Shown here: one piece after another, positions 1 through 12,047 of the stretch | How positions within the stretch are numbered: position 1 is the stretch's first letter | How the letters are laid out: each line of letters begins with the position of its first letter | Origin: the human T2T-CHM13v2.0 reference genome, Homo sapiens | Length of the DNA: 64,000 nt | Reading direction: 5' to 3' (one strand) | NCBI RefSeq assembly: GCF_009914755.1 | Contig: NC_060925.1 | Notes under the pieces: model-generated | Seen by the model: the letters and a program-made list of their open reading frames with translations, nothing else | Told to the model about the DNA's origin: nothing | Database searches by the model: none | Translations under genes and position numbers: made by a program

Positions 1-212
1 CCGGGTTCACGCCATTCTCCTGCCTCAGCCTCCCAAGTAGCTGGGACTACAGGCACCCGCCACTGCGCCCGGCTAATTTTGTTTTTGTATTTTTAATAGA
101 GACAGGGTTTCACCGTGTTAGCCAGGATGGTCTCGATCTCCTGACCTCGTGATCTGCCCACCTCAGCCTCCCAAAGTGCTGAGATTACAGGCGTAAGCCA
201 CCGCACCTGGCC
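1..212 (-). mobile_element. AluY (3' part lies outside the window)
   Basis: Reverse-strand Alu with AluY diagnostics (ccattctcc, gtgttagccaggatggtctcgatctcc); its 5' end GGCC is at 212. Confidence 0.92.
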
Positions 213-330
213 TCCTTTACTTCTTTAATGAACTTGCTTTCACTTTATGGGCTTGCCTTCCTGAATTCTTTCTTGGGTGAGATCCAAGAACTTCTCTTGG
301 GGTCTGGATCGGGACCCCTTTCTGGTAACA
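213..330 (+). mobile_element. 3' end of a MER41-family ERV1 LTR, interrupted by AluY
   Basis: gagatccaagaac..tctcttggggtctggatcgggacccctttctggtaaca matches the MER41 terminus and ends in CA. Confidence 0.75.
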
Positions 331-617
331 TATCTATCTACCTACCAGCCTACCTGCCTGCCTATCTAAAGCACAATTTACACAGTGGTAATACCATGAA
401 GATCATTTTGGTTCCCCCCTTTCCATGTCAGTGTTTCCCTTCTCCAACAGTGGAAGCCTGGCTCCCATTATCTCAATTTACCTGTATGTAGCCAATCTCC
501 CAATTCATGCCCCACCCAGCTCACCCCTCCTGAGCCTGCGTCCTCTGAACTGGCTACCTACCTCATTCAGATTATTGCTTTTTTTTTTTTTTGGATGAAG
601 GAAAAAAAGCAAGAAGC

Positions 618-1083
618 TTTCACTCGTGTCCATGTGAAGAGACCACCAAATAGGCTTTGTGTGAGCAGTGAGCAACAAGGCTGTTTATTTCACCTGGGTG
701 CAGGAGGGATGAGTCTGAAAAGAGTCAGCAAAGGGAGATAGAGGTGGGGTCGTTTTATAAGATTTGGGTAGGTAAAGGAAAATTACAGTCAAAAGGGGCT
801 TGTTCTCTGGTGGGCAGGAGTTGGGGGGGTGGTCACAAGGTGCTCAGTGGGGGAGCTTTTTGAGCCAGGATGAGGAGAAGGAATTTCACAAGATAATGTC
901 ATCAGTTAAGGCAAGGACCAGCCATTTTCACTTCTTTTGTGGTGGAATGTCATCAGTTAAGGCAGGAACAGGCCATTTAAATATCACTTCTTTTGTGATT
1001 CTTCAGTTACTTCAGGCCATCTGGATGTATAGGTGCAGGTCACAGGGGATATGATGGCTTAGGTTAGGCTCAGAGGCCTGACA
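618..1083 (-). mobile_element. Solo LTR7 (HERV-H LTR, type I repeats)
   Basis: Reverse complement starts TGTCAGGCCTCTGAGCC and ends GTGAAA; 5-bp TSD GAAGC at 613-617 and 1084-1088; TATAAAA (753-759) and AATAAA (684-689) intact on the minus strand. Confidence 0.95.
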
Positions 1084-2164
1084 GAAGCCAATACATATAT
1101 TTAAGACAGAAAGAGAACAAAAGGGAATAGAAAGGAAGGGAAGGGAGAAGCGGGAGAGTTGGGTTATGTATTGGTTTGCATTTTTAAAAGAACACTGTGG
1201 CAGATTTGTAAAGAAAGAATTGAAGGGGAGCAAGAGTGTATTCTCCTCTTACTCATCTTGGCATTCCTAGCACTTTGGTAGCATATTTTAAGGAAGGTGC
1301 TATATAAATGTTTAGGGAAGGAAGAACGACAGTTAGGGTGGGGAGGAAAGACTAGAAGACTGAGGGAGGGGGACCAGAGGCTTCTCCAGAGGCACACACC
1401 ATAGAATAAACTTTTGTTTTTCTTTTCCATAGTGGGAGTTGTTGCTCTCTACAGTCAAGGACAGAAAATCACTTTGATGTGTGTCTTCCTTTCTTTGTGA
1501 AGAACCTCTTAAGTGGCTTCCTATAGTTGCTTACATTATGTAGTAGTGTTGGACCCATTGTCCTGCAGAAGGGTAAATCGTCCTGAAGCAGATATTCTTT
1601 GTGCAGTGACAAATCACTCACAGTCTCTTTTAGTTATATAAATGTAGGACAAATAGGCCCTTTATCCTGGGAGAAGTTGTAAAAGAATTTTTTTCCCTTT
1701 CTCTCTCACTTGTTCAGGGTCGAAACCTTCCCTTCTTTCACACGCAGATCTGCATGTAAGTGGAGGACCTGTTTGCCTGGAAGCCCAGTGCCCCCTAGGA
1801 GGGAAGGGATTAAAGTTCAAGTCCCTGATCCCTGAGGTTCTGAAGTAGCAGTATATGGTATTGTGGCATGGCCCAAGGTCTAGGCAATACAGTTCCCTTG
1901 AGGCTGGAAGCAACTGAACCAGACTGAATTCTCTTTAGGTCAGATGGGTCCACTGGGTGGCAAAGGTTGGCGTCTGTCCTGAACCCACCATGTTGGGCCA
2001 GCCTGAGACCAGGGAAGTGTCTGTGTATGTGAACAAAAGAGTTGGCTACTAAGAGCAGGAAACTAGTGGTATTCTGGAGCTGGCTTAAACTGACTTGCAA
2101 GAACTGATTGTTAAATTTTCAGGAATGTTGCAAGCTGGTTGTTAAATACAGCCATTAATAAATA

Positions 2165-2655
<491 letters not shown>

Positions 2656-2795
2656 AATAATATAATAAATATTAAATTATATCAACATTCAATAAAATCA
2701 TTATATTTAAAACAAATTTAATAATTATTCAAAACTTACCAGTAATTATTTTACCATATTTTCCTATTATCTATGCTTTTGAGGTTATTTATATC

Positions 2796-3260
2796 TGTCA
2801 GGCCTCTGAGCCCAAGCTAAGCCATCATATCCCCTGTGACCTGCACGTATACATCTAGATGGCCTGAAGCAACTGAAGATCCACAAAAGAAGTGAAAATA
2901 GCCTTAACTGATGACATTCCACCATTGTGATTTGTTTCTGCCCCACCCTAACTGATCAGTGTACTTTGTAATCTCCCCCACCCTTAAGAAGGTTCTTTGT
3001 AATTCTCCCCCACCCTTAAGAAGGTTCTTTGTAATTCTCCCCACCCTTGAGAATGTATTTTGTGAGATCCACCCCCTGCCCACAAAACATTGCTCCTAAC
3101 TTCACCGCCTATCCCAAAACCTATAAGAACTAATGATAATCCCACCACCCTTTGCTGACTCTCTTTTCGGACTCAGCCCGCCTGCACCCAAGTGAAAGAA
3201 ACAGCCTTGTTGCTCACACAAAGCCTGTTTGGTGGTCTCTTCACATGAACATGCATGACA
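2796..3260 (+). promoter_or_regulatory. HERV-H 5' LTR, LTR7B-like (type II U3 repeats)
   Basis: Three tandem ctttgtaat(t)ctcccc(c)accctt units; TATAA at 3122-3126; poly(A) signal reads AAGAAA at 3196-3201. Confidence 0.9.
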
Positions 3261-3262
3261 TT

Positions 3263-3281
3263 TGGTGTCAAAGACCCGGGT
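3263..3281 (+). other. Retroviral primer-binding site (degenerate; closer to tRNA-Phe than tRNA-His)
   Basis: TGGTGTCAAAGACCCGGGT immediately follows the 5' LTR. Confidence 0.75.
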
Positions 3282-3397
3282 CAGAGGGACTCCTTCGGGA
3301 GACCAGTCCCCTGTCACCCTCACTCCATGAAGAGATCCACCTATGACCTCAGGTCCTCAGACCAACCAGCCCAAGGAACATCTCACCAATTTCAGAT

Positions 3398-3406
3398 CAG
3401 GTAGGC
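3398..3406 (+). promoter_or_regulatory. HERV-H leader splice donor
   Basis: CAG|GTAGGC at the position of the HERV-H major donor (after ctcaccaatttcaga). Confidence 0.6.
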
Positions 3407-3829
3407 GGTTTTTTCACTCTCTTTTCCAGCTTCCCCTGCTACCCTTCAATCTCCCTCTCTCGCTACCCTTCAATCTCCCTGTCCTTCCAATTCCAGTTCT
3501 CTTTCCTCCCTAGTAGAGACAAAGGAAACACAGTTTATCCGTGGACCCAAAACTCTGGCACCAGTCATGGACTCGGGAAGACAGTCTTCCCTTGGTGTTT
3601 AATCACTGTGGGGATGCCTGCCTGATTATTCACCCACACTCCATTGGTGTCTGCTCACCACGGGGTTGCCTGCCTTGGTCATTCACCCACATTCCCTTGG
3701 TGGGGATGCCTGCCTTGGCTGCTCACCCATATTGCAGCCCAGGGCTGCTCACCCACCCCCTTCTCTGTGTCTCTACCTTTCTCTTTAAACTTACCTCCTT
3801 CACTGTGGGCAAACTTCCTCCCTCCATTC

Positions 3830-5025
3830 CCACTTCTTCTCCCTTAGCCTGTGTTCTCAAGAACTTAAAACCTCTTCAACTCACACCTGACCTAAAACTT
3901 AAACACCTTATTTTCTCCTGCAATACTGCTTGGCCCCAATACAAACTCGACAGTAGTTCCAAGTGGCCAGAGAATGGCACTTTTGATTTGTCTATCCTAC
4001 AAGATCTAGATAATTTTTGTTGAAAAATGGTCAAATGGTCTGAGGTGCCTGACGTCCAGGCATTCTTTTACACATTGTTTCCTCCCTAGTCTCTGCTCCC
4101 AATGGGACTCGTCCCAAATCTTTCTTCTTTCTCTCCTGTCTGTTCCTTCAGTCTCCACCCCAAGCTCTGAGTCCTTTGAATCCTTCTTTTCTACAGACTC
4201 ATCTGACCTCTCCCCTTCTCCCCTGGCTGCTCCTTGCCAGGCCGAGCCAGGTCCCAATTCTTCCTCAGCCTCTGCTCCCCCACCCTATAATCTTTCTATC
4301 ACCTCTGCTCCTCACACCCAGTCTGGCTTAGAGTTTCATTCCGTGACTAGCCCTCCCCCACATGCCCAACAATTTCCTCTTAAAGAGGTGGCTGGAGCTA
4401 AAGGCATAGTCAAGGTTAATGCTCCTTTTTCTTTATCTGACCTATCCCAAATCAGTTAGCATTTAGGCTCTTTTTCATCAAATATAAAAACCCAGCCCAG
4501 TTCATGTCCCATTTGGCAACAACCCTTAGATGCTTTACTGTCCTAGACCGCAGAGGAAGGCCGTCTTATTCGCAACATGCATTTTATTACCCAACCCACT
4601 CCCAACACTAAAAAAAGCTCCAAAAATTAGATTCCGGCCCTCAAACCCCACAACAGGACTTAATTAACCTTGCCTTCAAGGTGTACATTAATAGAGTAGA
4701 GTCAGCCAAGCAGCAACGTATTTCTAAGTTGCAATTCCTTGCCTCCACTGTGAGACAAACCCCAGCCACATCTCCAGCACACAATTAACTTCCAAACACC
4801 CGAACCGCAGTGGCCAGGCATTCCTCCAGGACCGCCTACCCCAGGATCTTGCTTCAAGTGCCAGAAGCCCAGGGTTCCTCCCAAGCCATGTCCCATCTGT
4901 GTAGGACCCCACAGGAAATCGGACTGTCCAGCCCAGCAGCCACTCCCAGAGCCCCTGGAACTCTGGCCCAAGGCTCTCTGACTGATTCCTTCCCGGATCT
5001 TCTCAGCTTAGTGGCTGAAGACTGA
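3830..5025 (+). pseudogene. HERV-H gag remnant with stops and frameshifts
   Basis: MA-like SPLACVLKN..AWPQYKLD..WPENGTFD; zinc-knuckle remnant CFKCQK..CPICVGPHRKSDC (~4850-4927); ends AED-stop. Confidence 0.85.
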
Positions 5026-5480
5026 CACAGCCCAATCACCTCAAAAGCCTAAAGGACCATCACAGACGCTTTGAGTAACTCTTACAGTGGAGAGTAAGTC
5101 CATCCCCTTCTTAATCAATATGGAGGTTACCCACTCCACATTACCTTCTTTTCAAGGGCCTGTTTCCCTTGCCTCCATAACTGTTGTGGGTATTGATGGC
5201 CAGGCTTCTAAACCTCTTAAAATTCCCCAACTCTGATGCCAACTTGGGCAATGTTCTTTTATGCACTCCTTTTTAGTCATATCCACTTGCCCAGTTCCCT
5301 TATTAGGTCGAGGCATTTTAACTAAGTTATCTGCTTCCCTGACTATTCCTAGGCTACAGCCACACCCCATTGCCACCCTTTTCCCCAGCCTCCTTCGCAT
5401 CTTCCTCTTGTATCCCCCTACTTTAACCCACAAGTATAGGACACCTCTATTCCCTCCCTGGCAAGCGATCACAATCCCAT
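5026..5480 (+). pseudogene. HERV-H protease remnant
   Basis: FLINMEVTHS active-site remnant; HSFLVISTCPVPLLGRGILTKL; in-frame stops. Confidence 0.8.
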
Positions 5481-7444
5481 TACTATCCTATTAAAAGCTA
5501 ATCACCCTCACCCCGCTCAACACCAATATCCCATCCCACAGCACGCTTTAAAAGGATTAAAGCCCGTTATCACTCGCCTGTTACAGCATGGCCTTTTAAA
5601 GCCTATAAAACTCTCCTTACAATTCCCCCATTTTACCTGTCCAAAAACCAGACAAGCCTTACAGGTTAGTTCAGGATCTGCATCTTATCAACCAAATTGT
5701 CTTGCCTATCCACCCCGTGGTGCCAAACCCATATACTCTCCTATCCTCAATACCTCCCTCCACAACCCCTTCATAATAACCCATTATTCAGTTCTTGATC
5801 TCAAACATGCTTTCTTTACTATTTCTTTGCATCCTTCATCCCAGCCTCTCTTCGCTTTCACTTGGACTGACCCTGACACCCATCAGTCCCAGCAGCTTAC
5901 CTGGGCTGTACTGCCACAAGGCTTCAAGGACAGCCCCCATTGCTTCAGCCAAGTTCTTTCTCATGATTTACTTTCTTTCCACCCCTCTGCTTCTCACCTT
6001 ATTCAATATATTGGTAACCTTCTACTTTGTAGCCCCTCCTTTGAATCTTCTCAACAAGACACCCTCCTGCTCCTTCAACATTTATTCTCCAAAGGATATT
6101 GGGTATCCCCCTCCAAAGCTCAAATTTCTTCTCCATCCATTACCTACCTTGGCATAATTCTTCATAAAAACACACGTGCTCTCCCTGTCAATCGTGTCCA
6201 ACTGATCTCTCAAACCTCGACCTCTTCTACAAAACAACTCCTTTCCTTCCTGGGCAGGGTTGGATACTTTCACCTTTGGATACCTGGTTTTGCCATCCTA
6301 ACAAAACCATTATATAAACTCACAAAAGAAAACCTAGCTGACCTCATAGATCCTAAATCCTTTCCCCACTCCTGTTTCCATTCCTTGAAGACAGCTTTAG
6401 AGACTGCTCCCACACTAGCTCTCCCTGACTCATCCCAACCCTTTTCATTACACACAGCCGAAGTGCAGGGCTGTGCAGTTGGAATTCTTACACAAGGACC
6501 AGGACTGCACCCTGTAGTCTTTTTGTCCAAACAACTTGACCTTACTGTTTTAGGCTGGCCGTCATGTCTCTGTGCAGTGGACACTGCCACCCTAATACTT
6601 TTAGAGGCCCTCAAAAATCACGAACTATGCTCAACTCACTCTCTATAGTTCTCATAACTTCCCAAATCTATTTTCTTCCTCACACCTGACACATATACTT
6701 TCTGCTCCCTGGCTCCTTCAGCTGTACTCACTCTTTGTTGAGTCTCCCACAGTTACCATTGTTCCTGGCCCGGACTTCAATCCAGCCTCCCACATTATTC
6801 CTGATACCACACCTGACCCCCATGACTGTATCTCTCTGATACACCTGGCATTCACTCCATTTCCCCATATTTCCTTCTTTCCTGTTCCTCACCCTGATCA
6901 CACTTGGTTTATTGATGGCAGTTCCACCAGGCCTAATTGCCACACACCAGCAAAGGCAGGCTATGCTACAGTATCTTCCACATCTATCATTGAGGCTAGC
7001 ACTCTGCCACCCTCCACTACCTCTCAGCAAGCCGAACTCATTGCCTTAACTTGAGCCCTCACTCTTGCAAAGGAACTATGTGTCAGTATTTATACTGACT
7101 CTAAATATGCCTTCCATATCCTGCACCACCATGCTGTTATATGGGCAAAAAGAGGTTTCCTCACCACACAAGGGTCCTCCATCATTAATGCCTCTTTAAT
7201 AAAAACTCTTCTCAAGGTCGCTTTACTTCCAAAAAAAACTAGTCATTCATTGCAAGAGCCATTAAAAGGCATCAGATCCCATCTCTCAGGGCAGTGCTTA
7301 TGCTGATAAAGTAGCTAAAAAAGCAGCTAGCATTCCAACTTATATCCCTCATGGCAGTATTTCTCCTTCTCATCGGTCATTTCCACCTACTCCCCCACTG
7401 AAACTTCCACCTATCAATCTCTTCCCACACAAGGCAAATGGTTC
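5481..7444 (+). pseudogene. HERV-H pol: reverse transcriptase and RNase H remnants
   Basis: ORF 5827-6648 has FAFTW, LTWAVLPQGFKDSP and SFLG..GYF; catalytic YxDD reads YIGN (6007-6018); RNase H motifs WFIDGSS, SQQAELIAL and IYTDSKYA downstream. Confidence 0.92.
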
Positions 7445-8332
7445 TTGGACCAAGGAAAATATCTCCTTCCAGCCTCACAGGCCCATTCTATTCTGTCGTC
7501 CTTTCATAACCTCTTCCTTGTAGGTTACAAGCTGCTAGCCCACCTCTTAGAACCTCTCATTTCCTTTCCATCATGGAAATCTATCCTCAAGGAAATCACT
7601 TCTCAGTGTTCCATCTGCTATTCTACTACTCCTCAGGGATTCTTCAGGCCCCCTCCCTTCCCTACACGTCAAGCTTGGGGATTTGCCCCTGCCCAGGACT
7701 GGCAAATTGACTTTACTCACATGACCCGAGCCAGGAAACTAAAATACCTCTTGGACTGGGTAGACCCTTTCACTGGATGGGTAGAGGCCTTTCCCACAGG
7801 GTCTGAGAAGGCCACCACAGTCATTTCTTCCCTTCTGTCAGACATAATTCCTGGGTTTGGCCTTCCTACCTCTATACAGTCCAATAACAGACCGGACTTT
7901 ATTAGTCAAATCACCCAAGCAGTTTCTCAGGCTCTTGGTATTCAGTGGAATCTTCATAATCCTTACCATCCTCAATCTTCAGGAAATGTAGAACAGACTA
8001 ATGGTCTTTTAAAAACACACCTCACCAAGCTCAGCCTTCAACTTAAAAAGGAGGACTCTGCCAAGGATAGAGTCCAAAAATTCCCAAACCAAGCAAATAA
8101 TTACGCTGAACCCCCTTGGGCACCCTCTAATTGGATGTCCTGGGTCCTCGCAGTTCTTAGTCCTTTAATACCTGTTTTTCTCCTTCTCTTGTTCGGACCT
8201 TGCATCTTTCATTTAGTTTCTCAATTCATACAAAACTGCATCCAGGCCATCACCTATAATTCTATACAACAAATGCCCCTTCTAACAACCCCACAACATC
8301 ACCCCTTACAACAAAATCTTCCTTCAGTTTAA
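7445..8332 (+). pseudogene. HERV-H integrase core fused in frame to the Env TM/cytoplasmic tail (env deletion)
   Basis: CSIC zinc finger, WQIDFTH, QSNN (D to N), SSGNVEQTN, then WMSWVLAVLSPLIPVFLLLLFGPCIF...PLQQNLPSV-stop. Confidence 0.85.
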
Positions 8333-8480
8333 TCTCTCCCACTGTAGGTTCCCATGCTGCCCCTAATCCTGCTCGAAGCAGCCCTGAGAAACATCGCCCA
8401 TTATCTATCCATACCACCTCCAAAAATTTTCACCACCCCGATGCTTCACCACTATTTTGTTTTGTTTTTCTTATTAATAT

Positions 8481-8493
8481 AAGAAGACAAGAA
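8481..8493 (+). other. Polypurine tract
   Basis: AAGAAGACAAGAA directly precedes the 3' LTR. Confidence 0.85.
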
Positions 8494-8844
8494 TGTCAGG
8501 CCTCTGAACCCAAGCTAAGCTACCATATCCCCTGTGACTTGCACTTATACATCCAGATGGCCTGTTCCTGCCTTAACTGATGGCATTACCTTGTGAAATT
8601 CCTTCTCCTGGCTCAGAAGCTCCCTCACTGAGCACCTTGTGACCCCTGCCCCGCCCGCCAGAAAACAACCCCCTTTGACTGTAATTTTCCATTACCTACC
8701 CAAATCCTGTAAAATGGCCCCACCCCTATCTCCCTTCGCTGACTCTCTTTTCAGAGTCAGCCCACCTGCACCCAGGTGGAATAAACAGCCTTGTTGCTCA
8801 CACAAAACTTGTTCTGTGGTCTCTTCACATGGACGTGTGTGACA
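8494..8844 (+). promoter_or_regulatory. HERV-H 3' LTR, type I LTR7-like, 351 bp
   Basis: gttcctgccttaactgat..cttgtgaaattccttctcctggctcagaagctcc..actgagcaccttgtgaccc; AATAAA at 8780-8785; TATA position reads TGTAAAA at 8708-8714. Confidence 0.92.
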
Positions 8845-9865
8845 ATATCTATTGCAACTGATAAAAATTTTATACAAAATGATGAGCTACTATGCATTTC
8901 CAACTTCACATTGAGTGATGTCACATTAGTAACTTGAAATCAGTCATGATGGGTGTATTTACACCAAGAAAATTGGCCAGCTCTATCAGTCAGGGTTTCC
9001 TCCCTGCATCCCCCAGGGAAGCCAGTGGTTAAACATTTAGCAGCACACTCCTGATTGCAATCCTTAAGACTTACTCACTATTCGGTATTTACTGGCTAAG
9101 ACCAACTACAGTATAAGGTCCTCACAACTGAGCATATGAAGAGCACCTTTCCTCAAAGACCCACCATAAGGCAGGTGGAGCATGGGGCTCAGGTATTCCT
9201 TCTATTTCCGGACTTGATGATTCTGAATTGTTTCAACTTCCTGAAATTCTTACCTTCCACCAGAAAGGCTCAACCACTTTGAATTTTCTAACCTACCTTT
9301 TCTTCTACCAAGGTTCTAAATCATCTTGTGGCTATATTGCTCCTCAGCCCAGATCTCTGCTGTTATGTGTCCATGAGATGCCTAACTCTGCTTGAGAAAG
9401 CAACGGAATGAGGGAACCAAAGTGTCCTTCTCCTGAGCAGTCCTAGAGATTGGGTTGTGAGTAGGTCACTAGCATAACTCTGGGGAATGGATCAGTTCTT
9501 AGAATGATGCTGCTGCCAAGGCGAGGCATGTTATCCCAAATCTCAGTGGCTGTTACAAGAGGAGGAGACTACCCAACTGCCTTGTTTGGAACATGACCCA
9601 TGTTGGCCAAGTATCTCTCTGCCCAGTGAGTACACTAAGGTAAGACCAAACAGGACTGGACACTTTGCACTCAAGTTTCCCTGGACCTAAAATAGTAGCT
9701 ATGGATTTGGAGGGGGAAAGGCTAGCTTTCCCTTTTGGACTTCCTGCAATTACTAACATGGGGGGGTCTTGAATAATGTGCTCTGGGAAATGACTGGGTA
9801 CATTATATGCATCTCAAACTGGGTAGAGAGGCATCCCAGTTCAATGAAACAGAACAAGATGAAAA

Positions 9866-10130
9866 GGCTGGGCACGGTGGCTCATGCCTGTAATTTCAGC
9901 ACTTTCGGAGGCCAAGGCAGGTGGATCACAAGGTCAGGAGTTCAAGAGCAGCCTGGCCAATATGGTGAAACCCCGTCTCTTCTAAAAATACAAAAATACT
10001 TGGGAGGCTGAGGCAAGAGAATCACTTGAACCCGGGGGGCAGAGGTTGCAGTGAGCCGAAATCTCGCCACTGCACTTCAGCCTGGGCGACAGAGTGAGAC
10101 TCCATCTTAAAAAAAAGAAAAAGAAAAAGA
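9866..10130 (+). mobile_element. AluS with an internal deletion at the start of the right arm
   Basis: aaaatacaaaaa joins directly to tacttgggaggctg. Confidence 0.88.
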
Positions 10131-10251
10131 AGGAGATGAAAAGGAAGGAGAAGAGGAGGAGGAGGAAGGAGGAAGAGGAGGAGGAGAAGGAGGAGGAGGA
10201 GGAGGGGGAGGAGGAGAAGAAGAAAGGAAAGAAAGAAGGAAAGAGAAGGAA
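10110..10251 (+). repeat. (GGA)/(GAA)-rich polypurine tract
   Basis: About 140 nt of almost pure A/G. Confidence 0.9.
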
Positions 10252-10426
10252 TGGCACAGATTAGACAATGAAGAACAAACCCCGGCTATTCTGCCTCAGA
10301 CTGCCCCTTCTGCTGCATTCTCCGACTCAGTTAATGTGATCTTCATTTTCTAGTTTCTCAGATCTTTATTTTTTACTTCTTTCTCTCACAACCCAAATTT
10401 AATCTATTATCAACTACACTTTCTCT

Positions 10427-10429
<3 letters not shown>

Positions 10430-10458
<29 letters not shown>

Positions 10459-10737
10459 GACAGAGTCTCTCTCTGTTCACCAATCTGGAGTGTAGTGGCT
10501 CAACCTCAGCTCAATGCAACCTCTGCCTCCTGGGTTCAAGCAATTCTCTTATCAAGCCTCCTGTGTAGCTGGGACTACTGGCATGCACCACCATGCCTGG
10601 TTAATTTTTGTATTTTTAATAGAGACGGAGTTTCGCTATGTTGGCCAGGCTGATCTCAAACTCCTGAGCTCAAGTGATCTGCCTGCCTTGGCTTCCCAAA
10701 GTGCTGGGATTACAGGTGTGAGCCACTGCGCCCAGAC
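10430..10737 (-). mobile_element. AluS/J
   Basis: Poly(T) plus full antisense dimer. Confidence 0.9.
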
Positions 10738-10739
10738 AT

Positions 10740-11468
10740 TTATCAATCATACTTTCAAAATAAACCTAGAATGTACCCTTTCCCTCACCATTTACCCCTG
10801 CCACCCCCCGATCGCAGTCACCATCGTCTCTCTCCTGCATGATCACAAACGCTGCTAATGGGCCTGTTTCTGCCCTGGCTTTCTCTTGTTTCAACAGAAC
10901 AACCAGAGTGATCTTGTTAAATCATGAGCCAAATGACATCACTCCTCAGCTCAAAGTCTTCCAGAGGCTCTCATCGGGAATGAAGGCCAAAGTCCTTCCT
11001 CTGTCCTGCGGGACCCTACTGATCTGCACCCCTTGCCTCTTCAACCTCATTGCCAACTACCTCCCCCTTGTTCATTCTGCCCTATCTACGCTGGCCTCTG
11101 TGCTGTTCCTTGACTATATACCAGACAGATGCCCACACCAGGAACTTTGCAGTTACTATTTGCTCCCCCAAGACACTCTTCCCCCAGATAACCATATGCC
11201 TGATTCCCCACTTCTCTTAGTTCTGTACTCAAAAGTCATCTTCTGAGTGAGTCCTTTCCTGGCTACCTAACCAAAACATCTCCACCATCTCCATGCTTCA
11301 TATTCCCTTTCTTTGTTTTTTTTCTTCTTGGCTTTTATTACCCTTTGTATATTTATCTTTTTTATTGACTATCTCTCATTAGCATATGGGTATATGAGGG
11401 CACAGATTTTTGTTTTGTTTACTCTCCAGGTTCTAGAACAGTGCCTGGTTCATAGTAAATGCTCATTT
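10740..11468 (+). mobile_element. L2 3' region
   Basis: ccagagtgatcttgttaaa..tcactcct..; ctagaacagtgcctggttcatagtaaatgctca terminus. Confidence 0.7.
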
Positions 11469-11469
11469 C

Positions 11470-12047
<578 letters not shown>

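Larger units (their letters stand above)
2796..8844 (+). mobile_element. HERV-H provirus, env-deleted, replication-defective
   Basis: LTR-PBS-gag-pro-pol-env remnant-PPT-LTR order; TG...CA termini; 5-bp TSD ATATC at 2791-2795 and 8845-8849. Confidence 0.97.

Noticed and set aside
2964-3056. Tandem ~31-bp repeats resembling a CRISPR array or novel minisatellite
   Set aside because: No spacers; these are the type II U3 repeats of the HERV-H LTR.
5827-6648. 273-aa reverse-transcriptase ORF as an active or novel RT system (retron, DGR-like)
   Set aside because: It is a HERV-H pol fragment. YxDD is mutated to YIGN, the start is TTG, and upstream pol has stops and frameshifts.
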